The notes below the pieces were generated by a model that saw nothing but the letters and a program-made list of their open reading frames with translations, was not told the origin of the DNA and did not search any database. The translations under genes were made by a program, and so were the position numbers. Below, piece by piece: positions 1 through 13,400 of a stretch of 64,000 nt of DNA. Source of the DNA: Nitrospirales bacterium (GTDB lineage: Bacteria > Nitrospirota > Nitrospiria > Nitrospirales > UBA8639); contig CBDBCZ010000017.1 in NCBI GenBank assembly GCA_965203295.1, forward strand, positions 1-64,000, read 5' to 3'. Position 1 is the first letter of the stretch; every line of letters starts with the position of its first letter.

Positions 1-783
1 TGCATATAGGGTTTCAACCAGGACTATCTTTGGTGGAGGAAGCTTTGATGTAAGAACGACTTATGAATGACACACGCACACACAATTAACTCTAATGTGC
101 CTTCACCCTACAGCATTGCTAAGAACATTGCATATAGGGTTTCAACCAGGACTATCTTCGGTGGAGGAAGCTTTGATGTTTGTGGGGGGGAGCTTCCCCC
201 CTCCCCACTGGATGATACCATGGTATAAACACAGCTCCTCTGCTAAATTCTCAACAGTATTATATTCTCTATACACCTCCTGAAATATGCTTTTCAGCCT
301 ACAAATGTCAATCAGAGTATTACAATATGTGTATGAATATCTACAGCCTTCCTTGAGATAATGTTACACTGCACTTAATTCTCTCTGGAGTTTAGAAACT
401 GGATACCCTTACTGAATCCAAGGTCGTTCTAATGATGTGTGGTAGCAGCTGCAAGAGACAGTGCTACATAACAGCTGCAAGAGACAGTGCTACATAACAG
501 CTGCAAGAGACAGTGCTACATAACAGCTGTAAGAGACAGTGCTACATGTTATCTATACCACTGAATCCAAGGTCGTTCTAATGATGTATGTTCAAGGCCG
601 TTATCTATACCACTGGGGCTGTACCTGATGTGTGATACAAGTCAGGTACACAAGAAGACTGGATGGGGAAAGACATGGCAAATATTTGTACTGTCCGCTT
701 TGTTGTAGTTGCAGGGTCCGTAAAAGTATTTTAGTGAAATGATTATGAGCAGAATGGTCTGTGATAGCAGTGCAGCACAGGTA

Positions 784-938
784 CTGTGGAACCCCTCCTA
801 AAGGACATCCCTGAAATACGAACACCTCTGTATTGAGGACACTTTTCTTTGCCCCAAATATGCTTTCTTAATGTAAATTGAGGAATACAGGACACTTCAC
901 CAGGTCCCCAAGGTGTCCACAATAGAGGGGTTCCACTG
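784..938. mobile_element. CAGTGGAACCC MITE copy
   Basis: TIRs and internal GGACAC repeats as at 55938. Confidence 0.8.
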
Positions 939-1929
939 CATACTGAGCACAACATGATGTAATCACTTACTAACAAGGTTTGATCGGACACTCTAGTGCA
1001 GAAAATGCATATTATCGGAAGTGGGCAGGACCTTCCATTGCTACCACGGGCCTTCAGACTGGAGTCAAAAGTTTGGAGTTTGTTTGTTAGTACCATTACT
1101 TGGCTCTGAAGTGAAATCCGGAGCGGAATTCAGACACAAGGCTGAGACAAGAAGGCTCTAGCTATGTCATATGAAATCCCGGGAGTATTATGTTACCACC
1201 TGATTGTCTCAGTGAGAGTGTATATACACAAGAGAGTGTTGCATTACTGCCACCTCAAAGGCCAAAACAGGTTTGTAGGCTTCTGATTTCAAAACTGCGC
1301 ATTACACTGGAAGTGTTGGAGGTACTCCCCTTCCTTGAAGTAGACATTTGGATGCTAAGTAGTTCTTCCATGGTACATGTTCGTAGCCAGAGCATGTTTT
1401 GGAATGCAGATCGCCATATATGTACGTAAGTAGCCCAAACCGATAATGCAAAGGGCTTAGGGTGTGCTATAACCTTGTATCCCTACTGTTCGAACATATC
1501 TTTCGGAAAATGAGGTTAGCCAGAGCCTGGTTTGGAATTAAGATCACCATGTACGTAAGTAAGTTAACCCAAACCAATTTCAAAGAGCTTAACTATTATT
1601 AAGGTGTGCTATAACCTTGTATCCCCACTGTTCGAACATATCCTTCGGGGAGGGGTATGAGGCTAGCTAGGTGTGTTGACAAAAGCTTGCCTCATTCCCA
1701 GGCTCAACAGAAGTCAGGCAGGGGTCTTGGAAGAGACTAATTCAAAAATGTCGTTCACCACACTTTTTGAGCCGAGAAAGTGTAATCAGGAACTATGAAT
1801 GCTTGCACACTCTATATTATGCTACCACAGATATTCATGACCACATTGGGAAGTGGCTGACTGGGGGTAACAGGGTATTGCTAAATCTAGAGATGGAAAA
1901 TGAAAATCTCATTTATAGCCTGTATAAAT

Positions 1930-2131
<202 letters not shown>

Positions 2132-2253
2132 AGCTGATCTAATTCCATTTTTAACAGCCTTAAAAATGCAGTGGATTCCCTCAACACAAACCCCAAAATA
2201 CCAAATCAAACAGCGAAGCCACACACATACATGTACATGTACATGTACATGTA

Positions 2254-2760
2254 TACACCCTGTGTGTATGCTGTGGGGTTCAGTGATTGGTTCTACCCAT
2301 CTGTTTGCCTGTTGTCTGTCTGTCCATTAAAGAAAATGTAATTTAGCGATTTACAGGGTTTACCAATTGCTAAATCCGACAATACAGATAGTGACCAAAG
2401 TGGTTTCTATTTCCAGCTCTTTCTTTCAACACAGTAATGTCAGCCATTTTTTAATACTGACACGAACTCAAATACAACAGGGCAGGCATACACTGTCTCA
2501 GGACACATGTTCATACTGGAGTGTACGTAGAGAGGCGTCCGTGTGATTAATACAGCAATCGGTCATGACATGCCCACAGCTTGAATACGGCAATAATTTA
2601 TTACATGAGCATGCAGTATACAAGTCTTTCACGGTTTACAGAGCCAGCTGCTCCACCAGACCAGGCAAATCTGGAGTCCAGTGCCCAAACTCCAGGTCCA
2701 TTTGTACAAAAAAAGTGTAGGGTTGGGTATGTATGTCTCTGCTAGAAATTTCGAATTTTA
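2254..2760 (+). mobile_element. Older diverged copy of the 58084 HINE family
   Basis: Colinear similarity: gcgatttacagggtt, attgctaaa, catgtgttcata-like block, gggtatgt..gtctctgctaga. Confidence 0.65.
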
Positions 2761-3470
2761 GTACAGTAAGTGTGGGGGTTGTCATCAGTGCAAACCAGAC
2801 GTCAAAGTCTGCCTGTACGAGTGGGACTTCTTCAAACAAAGGTCTGTGAAAGTGCACAGAAGTGAACCGTCCACAATCCCTTCATTGGTGGTCAACTAAA
2901 AAATCCAGGTGTAAAGTGGCCAATGTGTGTGGTGGTCATAAAATACATGTACGTAGCTGTGACTACACCATGCTTCATTTGACACCGTTTATGTATCCTA
3001 TTGCACCCTGAAACGCTTATCCAGGCTCACTTACATCCACATCATTGTTCTTCCGAGAGGTCACTGAATGAGAAACTAAAAGACTAGGCATATAGGCAAA
3101 AAGATGAAGCTCGCCTGACACAGTGCTCAAGATCACACAGGCAATGACTATGATTTTAGAGTCGTAAATACTGCAATAGGACCAGGGGTACCAGAAACAA
3201 TCAATGATATGGACCACCTACGTAAGTAGTGCTCATTTCTGTGCAATAATTGGCACTGGATCAACAATTTCATCGCAGAAACCCTGGGCTATTTGTAATC
3301 ATAGCCACCAGTGTTTTCATAACAAGCCAGTATAGTACTCACACAAGATCACAACTGAAGTGGGCTGTCATTATAGAATGAATAACAAGTCTGAAATGCT
3401 ATATAGTCTGTTATTCCAACCTGTTACCAGTAGTAATTGTACACACACAACTATCAAGGATATAACTCAC

Positions 3471-6400
3471 CGCCTCAGTGTGGATCGGGTGCACAGCAAA
3501 CAGCAGCCCGGCTATCAGTGCCGGCCAGGCCTCACCAAAGACCACGCCACAGAGCTGCACGTACAGGAAGCACACCGCACTGTGCAGGAGCACGTTCACC
3601 AGATGGTAGCCCATGGGCTGCAGCTCATGCAGTAGGTAGTTCAGCCTGAAGGTGGCTACACACAGGGGCCTGGAGGAGGGGAGGGGAGGGGAGGGGAGGG
3701 GAGGGGAGGGGAGGGGAGGGGAGGGGAGGGGAGGGGAGGGGAGGGGAGGGGAGGGGAGGGGAGGGGAGGGGAGGGGAGAGGAAGGGAAGGGGAGGAGAGA
3801 GAAGGGAAGGAGAAGGGAAGAGGAGATAGGTGTCAGGTTCTTGTGACAAATCAATTTTGCAGAAACCAAAGAGTTGATATAAAATACCAGGCAGTAAAAT
3901 TCTACTGTTAGTTTCGCTGGCCAGACATCCCTGGGCTGCATGAAGCACATGGATTGAACAACAATTGCATTACAACGTGAGCTTTACCTGTAAGACTTAT
4001 GGCTGCCCTCAATGTGCATGGGGGTTCCCCAGAAGTCATTCCAGAGCAAGTTGGTCCAGGAGCTGTGTGGGCGGAGGTCTTGGTTCTCCTCAATGGCTGA
4101 GAGGTCGTCGAAACAGAAGCCGCAGTCCAGGGTATTGGCGTAGACCAGGAAGGCTACCAGGGAGCAGAGGAGGGCTGCTGTGTGGAGGTTACTGGAGGGA
4201 AAGGGGGAGGGGAGGGGAGGGGAGGGTTATTCTCGTGCCCAGACCTTACTTGCAAGGCATGAGACTAGGGAAGGTTATGCATCACCATTACTGGTGACAA
4301 CAGTCCATTAGCATAATAAGTGTGAAACTGTTACATAATACTAATTACATCGCCTCAAGAATTCAATATTAGGATTACCAAAACAATAGCCATCTGTTCA
4401 CAAAAAAGCCGCTATTTTGAGACAACGAAGCACATCAAATGCCAGTGTGCAATATGCACTAATAAAAACTAATTTGTGGCCTGCCTTCAATATTCACACA
4501 CGTGTGAGATTATATAGAGCAACCATCCAGCTGTGAAAATGACTACTTCGTTTTTGCCAATTATAACCAAGTGTGGCGAAATACAGAGCGCATGTAGCAC
4601 TCGGGAATAATCAGACACTGGAGCTACGTACGAGTTAAAATACATATTGACGCATGCGAGTTCCTGCATAGCTTCAAAATATCTCACCATGAAATTTCAA
4701 TGCTGGCACAAGCTACGCAAACTTTTATTATCCAACTAGACAAACTACTCACGTATATAAACAGCAGTGAGGAAAAAGATAATAAATTTCCACGACGGTA
4801 CAAAACAGAAAAATAAAATTAGTATTCCAACTCAGGTTTTAAGATTCTTGGGCAGCAGGGGCAACCGAACACAGCAGCCTACTGGTATCAGTGCACCTGC
4901 TACTGTATCTTCGACGCAAGTTCAAAAGGGTCAAGGTGATCGATCAGTGCCTTTCAGCCCATCCTGATTTGTAAGATTAAAGGATTGCCAAGAAATACAA
5001 AATCGGTAAAGCTATAGAATTTACATCACATAGGCTTAAAAATCCAGTAATTAATTAGTCCCCTCAAAAGCAGTTTAATTCCGTGGCTACATTCCATACT
5101 TTTTTAAAACCCTCAAAAGAATAAAAGGGTGACTGGCATTTTCCTCCACTTTGAATTACTCTAAGCCTTCCAAGCATCTAATGTAGCAAGCCAAAGCTAA
5201 GAGTCAGGTATTCAGGGAACAAACAACCGCAACAAGATAATGAGCAGATTTTAACAAATTGAAAAAAAATCCTAATTCATACTTTAGTGAAAGATCTAGA
5301 TGTACCATGTTGTGGAGAGAACTAGGATGCTATTAATCTCCAGAGATGGTTCAAGCTCCTAAGACATATCCCAGTACTGCTGAGCATGCTATAATAATAT
5401 GAAACATGTATATTTTTCTACAGGAAACATTGGTGTAAACGATCACACAGAAATGATTTATTGCAAGGGAGTTATGCGCTGGAGTTTACAGCATTATATT
5501 GACCGAGGAGTCATCATGGCTACACTTTGTATCTATTGAGTCATCAAGGTCATTCTTTCAGATCTATAAATTTTGCCACCACAAAAAAAATATTCCCCTT
5601 AAGATACGATAATTTTGAAAGCAGTAATTGGGCTCCTAGAGGACTGGGTTTGATGAGATAGATGTACTATTACATGTATGCTGAGTGAGTGCTACCTTTA
5701 GTTTGTATCTTGCTGCCTTTATGTTTGTCTCTTTGTACATGCAATTCCTTTCACAAAGGCTATACACTCCACGTAGCTACATATTTCTGCATAGAGTTAC
5801 AACATACTGGGCATGTAGACTGCTGAAAATCTGTACCTGTAATAGCGTTTCATACCGATCGTGAATAATTGGCAGTCTATTTGAGCTACAATGCTGTCAT
5901 TTGTCTTCCAGCCATAAATAATGCACTGCAATTAATGAATCAGAATGGTTCGATACCCTTCATGCTCTTAGGTTGGGTTGTGAATTCGAGGAAGATTGAA
6001 CTACACACCAATGTAGCTAAGTGGAATGTATAGCCTTGGTGAAAGGAATTGCATGTACAAAGAGACAAACACAAAGGTAGCAAGAGACAAACTAAAGGTA
6101 GCACCACTCACTCAGCATATTAGCAGCTCTAGTATGTTGCAGGAATGATAGGTTTTTTAGTGAACCCAATTCTCCAGAATTCTCTTAAGGGCGTAGCTAG
6201 CAACAACGGCATCCTTGATTCTTGTAATTCCTAATATGCAGAACTGTCTGCTGCAGTAATTATACCAAAAAAGGTTGTATAAGCACCACAGAAGTCTAAG
6301 GATGGTACGTACTGCAGTGTGCTGACCACACTGCAGTGACATCACACAGAGACAATGCTAGGAACTGAATATCAATTACACTTTGACATTGGATGGCACT

Positions 6401-6982
6401 TACACATTGGGATGGAGATATAAAACGATTCCTTGCGGAAAATAAGGTATTTGTATAAAGTTGCAGTTAATTTAACACACACACACTACAATATACAGCA
6501 GGTTTCAGAACTGTAGTTACTGTTTGGAAAACTGGTAAATAAAGTATTGTGCACATGCAGTACAATCACAGTATATCATGGAGTTCAAAATCAGAAAACC
6601 ATAGTGGCCAATTGGTATAAAGTTCTATATACAGGTAGCAGCAGCAAAATTGCAGTGCCCATAGCAGGTATAGAGTAGTACATTATTTTTTTTTAACAAG
6701 GATTGGAGAGTTACTGCTGATTTTTGATTTGGTAGAACTCACAAAAATTATGTAGACTTTCATACTATATTAATATATCTAGACGTACAAAAATTTGCTC
6801 CGTTGCTTTTTAGGTCGTCGCAGCTGTTTACAAAGTACATGCTGCATTTCAGCAACGCCCCCTATAAACAAGCCTGGTAAACAAAAAACTTCATTCGTCC
6901 TTCCGTACAAGAGCACCAGCGATAGTACAAGAAGAGGGACTTACGACTTCCGTAAGAACGCTTGTCGCTGCTGTGGAGCCAT
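3471..6982 (-). CDS. TMTC3-like paralogue (copy A), first three exons; remainder outside window or lost
   Basis: Exons 6982-6945 (MAPQQRQAFLRKS, phase 2), 4191-3988 (..YANTLDCGFCFDDLSAIEENQDLRP..NDFWGTPMHIEGSHKSYR) and 3669-3471 (PLCVATFRLNY..HPIHTEA). Phases match. The expected next exon (VTG.VGRAELL) was not found between 1 and 3470. Confidence 0.8.
3674..3825. repeat. (GGGGA)n microsatellite forming the polypyrimidine tract of TMTC-A exon 3
   Basis: (CCCCT)n on the minus strand directly before the acceptor at 3670. Confidence 0.95.
5677..6118. repeat. Inverted repeat, ~105-bp arms with ~230-bp spacer
   Basis: 5677-5781 is the reverse complement of 6011-6118. Confidence 0.8.
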
Positions 6983-7482
6983 CTCTGTCGCTGATTTCGT
7001 TGATTTTCGTCCTTCAACATTCCGCCCTGTGACTTCGATCTCGGCACATTATAAAGCCAGTTTACTCCTAATTGCCTCGTGATTTCCTGTTTAGTCACAT
7101 GATTTGTTATGCCGTTCTTTCAGTTCGCGTTCAGTACCGTTTCGGGCCAAGCGATTTTGCCGAGATCGCGTGACACCGCATGACGTGTTATGACAGACTG
7201 CAGCCGCCCAATTAACATGCAAAAAGAACCTGTCAGTGTAGATTAATTATGCGGTGCAGTATATAGCATAGATATATTTATTCTATGCTATAGAGCTATA
7301 TACTGTACTGCATGTACTATAAAATAGTCATGCTGATTATAAAAAGATACAATAAAAAGTTGTGTGTGCATAGCTAACTACAGTAATTATTTCTTAGGTC
7401 TTCTTTGCTTTCCAAAGAGTTCATTTAATTGTCAGAAGACAATAAAAATTTGTTCATGGAGTAATAACTATACTAACTGTTC

Positions 7483-10400
7483 TTAGGGACGTCTTCTGAT
7501 TTTCTCTTCCAGGATTTTTATTTGCTTTCTGATTGTCTCATTCTGTGGGTCCAGGCTGAGGAGGTTGGTGAAGACATCAATTGCCTTACTGTACTGCTGT
7601 GTATTGATGAGTACAAGACCTGCATAGTATGTATTGAGAGAGAAAAGAGGATTCATCACTGGAAAAAAAGTTGAATTTCCTGAAATGCATTACAAGGAAA
7701 TTTGACAGGAAATCTGGTATTTCAGGTACAGGGTAGTTTAGGATAGGGCAGAATTTGATGATTTTATAGGAAATTCTGCCCTATCCTATACTATCGTGTA
7801 CCTGAAATATCAGATTTCCTGTCAAATTTCCTTGTAACCCATTTCAGGAAATTCCACTTTTTTTCCTGTGTATAATTCTACTGTATGAGTGTAGCCAAGA
7901 ACAGCTAGAATAAATTCATTCACTGACTGAGAGTACTAGTGCATGGTGTGGAGCTAGCTAGCCTCGAACCCAGGCCTTCCCCGCACTCGCGAAAAATATA
8001 GCTTTACTTTTGTTTATATTTTTGTGAGTGCGGCTTCGAGGCTAGTGTGGAGCAGCTCATGCAGGAAGAATCAATCAGGAGTGCATGAGTACAAGCTCTT
8101 TTCATTTGTAAGAGTAGATATGTACAGTAGCTAGTCTAGAGGTAGTTCATGTGTGCGCTTTTCAGATCGTTAGCACGTAGCTAAACTGTCATATGGCCCT
8201 ATAAAAATCAACCGACTTAAGGGTTCTTGATATTCAACAAAAACCCAAATATCGATCTTAATAGCTACATGTAGCTCATTAATTAAATTACAATATTAGC
8301 CATGACCATTCACATGAACCATGCACTGATCACTACACACACTGAATCTTCGCATGGGCCTAGTTAGGAAATAAACAAACTATATCCATATATGTACACA
8401 AGTTACCTAGGTTATTTAGAGCCTCTTTGTTGGAAGGGTCCTTCTCAAGTACCGCCTCAAAAGCAGTCTTTGCCTGTGCATTTTCATTCATCTTCCAATA
8501 GCAGGATCCCAATTTGGTCCACGCCTTAACATGGTGTGGGACCAACTCTGTAAGCCTCTCGAAAGCCTTCACAGCTTCTGCATATTTCCCTGCCTCTGTT
8601 CTCACTGCTCCGAGGTTATAGAGTGCCCCGTAATGGTCTGGGGCGATTACTAGTGTTTGTTGAAGCATTTCTTCAGCTCGTGATAGGTTTTTGAGTCCAT
8701 AGTACACATGTCCAAGACATAAGGTGATGTTCCCATTCTCCGGTTCAATCTTCCAAACGGTGAGTAAACTATTACAATCGGAAGTGTTGTAGAGATTGAA
8801 CAAAAACAGAATTGTGATCAGACAAGCACAACAGTCTCTCATACAAATTATAAACATTAAGGCTATCTAGGCACTCATCATACAAGGGTTAGCTATAATC
8901 CACTCATACTGCATGTAGAAAGGAAATATGTGATTACAATTTATGTACATATACATGTAGGCTGTATCATTTTATGCACCAGAATGTAATGAGCCAAAAA
9001 GAGATATATTCTGATGTAGCTCTGTGATATGAACACATGCTTCCTGTGCTTTACCCCCTAACGTTAGCTACAGTGATTAAGGTCCATTTTCCTATGGTGC
9101 GGGCAAAATACACTAGCACAGCCATAATTCGAGTAGTATTGAACCCCTAGTGGTAGCCTATCATAGCTGTATATACACCTCAGCAGTAGGGGTTTCAATT
9201 GAATAGAAATAATTTTATCTAATACGAGAAAGGGTTGCACCGAGGACTAGCCTATATTAAGTGATCCCCCAAATAAAACTTCCCGCCCTCGAGAGCATGT
9301 AACTGTTGAACAGGATTGCAGCTGTGAACACCTTATATCAGGATATATTTAGCACAGTTCAAGGGCTCTGCCCTGTTTGAATTGTTCAACAGTTACATGC
9401 TCTTGAGGGTGGAAAGTTTTCATTTATGTGCACTTGTAATAGTATGCAAACACGTAGCTATATAGTTGTACTCACAGCTGCTCTGCCTCGGGATACTTCT
9501 GGAGGTTGTTAGTCTGGACATACAAGTAGGCAAGCCGAAACTGTGTCCACGCATGACTGCTGTTGATGCTCAGCGCAGATCTGTAGTGCTTCTCAGCACT
9601 TACAGGGTCGCCTAACTTCATGAACGCTTCACCTACATTTGAATGCACGTCAGCATAATCAATATCAGAAAAATGGTCAGTGTGTTCATCGCTTGATACC
9701 AGAGGTTGATACACTTCTATAGTCTGTCTGTGATTCCCCATCTTGAAATGACAACTACCAAGTAGGTTTCGTCCATTAGAGTGATCGGGATGCAGCTGAA
9801 TTAATCTTGAGAGGAACTCCATGGCAACGCTATACATCCCACCGCTATAATACAAGTACCCAATGCCGTAGAGTGCTGTCTCTGATGTTGGATCTGCACT
9901 CAGAGCCCTCGAGTATGCTTCCTCAGCCGGCTTGGTGTCCTGGATCTCGTTGCACACATCTCCGAGCATTTTGATAACTCTGGCATTGTCTGGCTCCGTG
10001 TTCACAGCACGGAGCAGCCTGAAGTCAGAGGGGTGAAGAGCTTGAAGAAATGGAACAAGAACTACCAGTGCTACAATGGCATGGAGACTTGGGTTTCTAT
10101 TTACTTGACAGTTGCATGGCAAATGCAAAAACAGCTTTTTACATGCTCTTGAATTTGAAAATATACCATGGATGTAACGATTCCCTGCATAGCTATAATT
10201 GTAGTCTATCAGGGAGGATTTCATTCAGCATAACAGACAAAAATGCCAAACACATTCAGCACCTGCAACACACCTAATATATATTACTGATACAAATATT
10301 AAGAATGCATGTGTATCATACTTTGCTTGCACAGCTATTTATTTATACCCCACTGGCTGGAGATAAGCATAAAAACTCACAGTTGCCTTGCCTCCTTGAG

Positions 10401-13400
10401 ATTTGATTCTCCTCCTCTCTTCTGCAAATTGTTAGCTAAGGTAACAATGGCAGGAACGTGGTTCTCGTCAGCAGACAGAGCTCTCCTGCAATATTGCATA
10501 GCTAATGATTCCTTCTCCTGTTTCAAATATGCATAGGCGATTTTGTGTAGGGTCTGAGCAGCGTAGCTAGGGCCAATATCGTACTCCAGTATCTTTTCCA
10601 AACTGGATATTGCCTCTGATGTTCGGTTTAGGTTCAGAAGTAGAGACGCAATGTTCATGTAAGTGTCTGCATCTGGGTTGATCTTGATTGCCTTTTGAAA
10701 CCACGCCAAAGATTCGTTCCACCGAGCTGGGTGCAGTGAAATAATGTACCCCAAATTCTGGTAGAGCTTCATTTTCTTTGGTACCGTCTTTATTTTACGA
10801 GCTGCATCAATACTAGCGCGGTAAACCTATAACATATACGTAATGGCAGAATTGAAACATCAATAAAATACTTTTACAGATCCCCACCTAAGCCTGACTA
10901 TAATTTTAGAAGCTACAGATCTAACCTTCCATTAGCTAAACATGCTTACGGAATGATCATGTAAAATATAATACTCAGGTTGGCTAGTTTACCTCTTCAG
11001 CCTCATCATACTTCTCCAGAGTTGTAAGCAGTGTTGCAAGATTATAGTGGGATAGGAGGTTGAAAGGACGGACTCTGGTACCCATTCTGTACAGCTCCTC
11101 TGCAAAGGAGATGTTTCCAGCCAGCTCATACTGCCGTGCAAGGTTGGCAATCATTTTGCCATTTCTCGGGTTCTGAATAACTCCAGACATCCACAGAGTT
11201 GTATCTGAGTGCCAGTCTCTATTTCTCAGTGCCGTCTTTGTCGAGTGCAGAAGAAGCAAGTAAACCAGTCCGAATTTGACTGCTTGTGTCATTCTGGGCG
11301 TGCAACATTTGAGCATGGTCCAAATGCCGAGAGCCACAAGCATGCAGAACCCCATACTAGGAAGGTAGAGAACTCTTTCAGCTACAACAAAGCCGACGTA
11401 AAAAAAGGCACTGGAGGTTGGAATGTAGGGAAGAATTGCCAGTGAGAAGGAGAAACCCAGGACTCGGTAGACACGCTCGTTTCCAGAAAGACAGCGTAGC
11501 GCTAAGATGAGAATGGCAATGAAAGTGGTCAAGGTGGCAATGTTTTGTGGATCAGCAATTGAGTCAATCATGGAGAGAGTTCCCGATGTCCAGTCTGCAC
11601 ACAGGAAGCTGGGGTTGAGTACTAGCCACGTGTTTACGAAGCAGAGGTAGAGCAACTGCAGTTGACGGAATGGAGTCTCTAATGTAACAATTGGATTGTC
11701 TTCCCTGCATGTAACAAATGACCAAGAAAACCAATGATAGCCCATATATGTACAGCCATCCTACTACGCTATAGCTAAATGCATCAGGTCTGTCTGAAAT
11801 GTTGCAGCACAAGTTAAGTGAAAGTAAACAGGAAAGTGTTATGCATACTGTACAGAGCCTTAGCCTTATTAAACAGGCATTTGCTCCTTGTGATTATCAG
11901 GCTGTGACCCTGTGCATCTTCTAACAACACTAATTTCTAGGTAACACACAAATTTGGCCACCCCTTTCATTATAAAGTGTTAAATAAAAGCTTACACATA
12001 AAATGTAGGAATTCCCTTCATAAGTATCTTGACTCGCACTACCATAACGCTGATGATGAATACCACAAGCACAGCTCCACGCATCAGGAGTGGTCTTAAG
12101 TGGTAGAAGGCAGCTTCCTTCCTCTGAGCAACAGCATACAGATGCTTTGAAATTGCGGCAGGACCCATCTATGGAAAATACAAAAGAAAGTCGTGCCATG
12201 CCATGTACTAGCTATTAATTACGATGCAAGCCTTGTCATGGTATACTTAAGTGGGGTGAACACCTTTAGCCTTAATCCCAGGCTCTCATCCAGTATTTTA
12301 TTGCTTGTAGTATATGCAAAGCGATGACGCTGAGATTGAGGCTATACACAATGGCTTGTATGAGGTTTAGCTCACTTTTCCATCTTAAACAGAATGTGTT
12401 ACTTTGACAGTTCTTCAACATGCTGGTTCATATTTCTTTCTCCAAACCCTACCTACTACGGTATTGAAAACGTGAACTGGGGTACCTTTTGAACAATGAT
12501 GAGGTCAAAGACAAGACAAACAGCGATTACGGTGATTCCCTGCTCCTTGCTGAGGACAGAGCACAAGGAGAGGAGCATGGCTGAAATGAACCACAGTTGC
12601 CCTGCATGAGGTGAGGAATAGAAAGCAATAATTATTGTCGTGTCTGGCTACAGAGCAACTGCATAGCTACATTGAGCTAGCTGCATAGCTACATTGAGCT
12701 AGCTGCATAGCTACATTGAGCTAGCTGCATAGCTACATTGAGCTAGCTGCATAGCTACATTGAGCTAGCTGCATAGCTACATTGAGCTAGCTGAGGAAAC
12801 ATGCAACTACATATGGCTAATGCTAGGCGTTGCATGACATTCTTAGTGCTGCACGGCTCAACACATACTTTTTGATCGATCACTTTAGTACCAGGGTTCA
12901 TACGCTCCTGTTAGTACGAATACATTGTATGATTAGTGGCACTAGCCCTGTATTAATGGTGTGTGCATACGTATCATGATGTGATTGATGTGAACAGTAG
13001 ATACAAGCTAATGTACCAACCTTTTGCAGTAGAACTATGCTGAATAGCTCTGTGGTAGCAGAGAAGGCACAGTAGGAAGAATAAAGATGAGAGCAGCTCA
13101 GCTCTACCAACCATTCCAGTAACCTGATTAGACAGATGAAGGCATGCATGCAGACAAAGGAACATGATGAGTTTATTATCACATTTACCATCCATCATCT
13201 TAGAAATGTATACATCAAGTGCATGCATAGTAAATTTTACATTACTATGTACTAGTATATGTTACTATAGTAACAAGTGTATGGAATAATTTTCATAGAG
13301 TATAGTAAGAATCCCATAGAGCATAAGAAGCTGAAGATGTGCATATACTAAATGGCTCAGAGCATGAGCAGCTCTATGTTCTAACTAGACCTCGGCTTCG

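Noticed and set aside
3036..3218. Next exon of TMTC copy A
   Set aside because: Has splice-like ends but no similarity to the expected VTG.VGRAELL segment.
3411..3950. Proline-rich extensin-like ORF
   Set aside because: Intronic (CCCCT)n read in frame with TMTC exon 3.
12377..12455. Extra TMTC exon
   Set aside because: Stops in the required phase; exon 12486 joins 12168 in frame without it.
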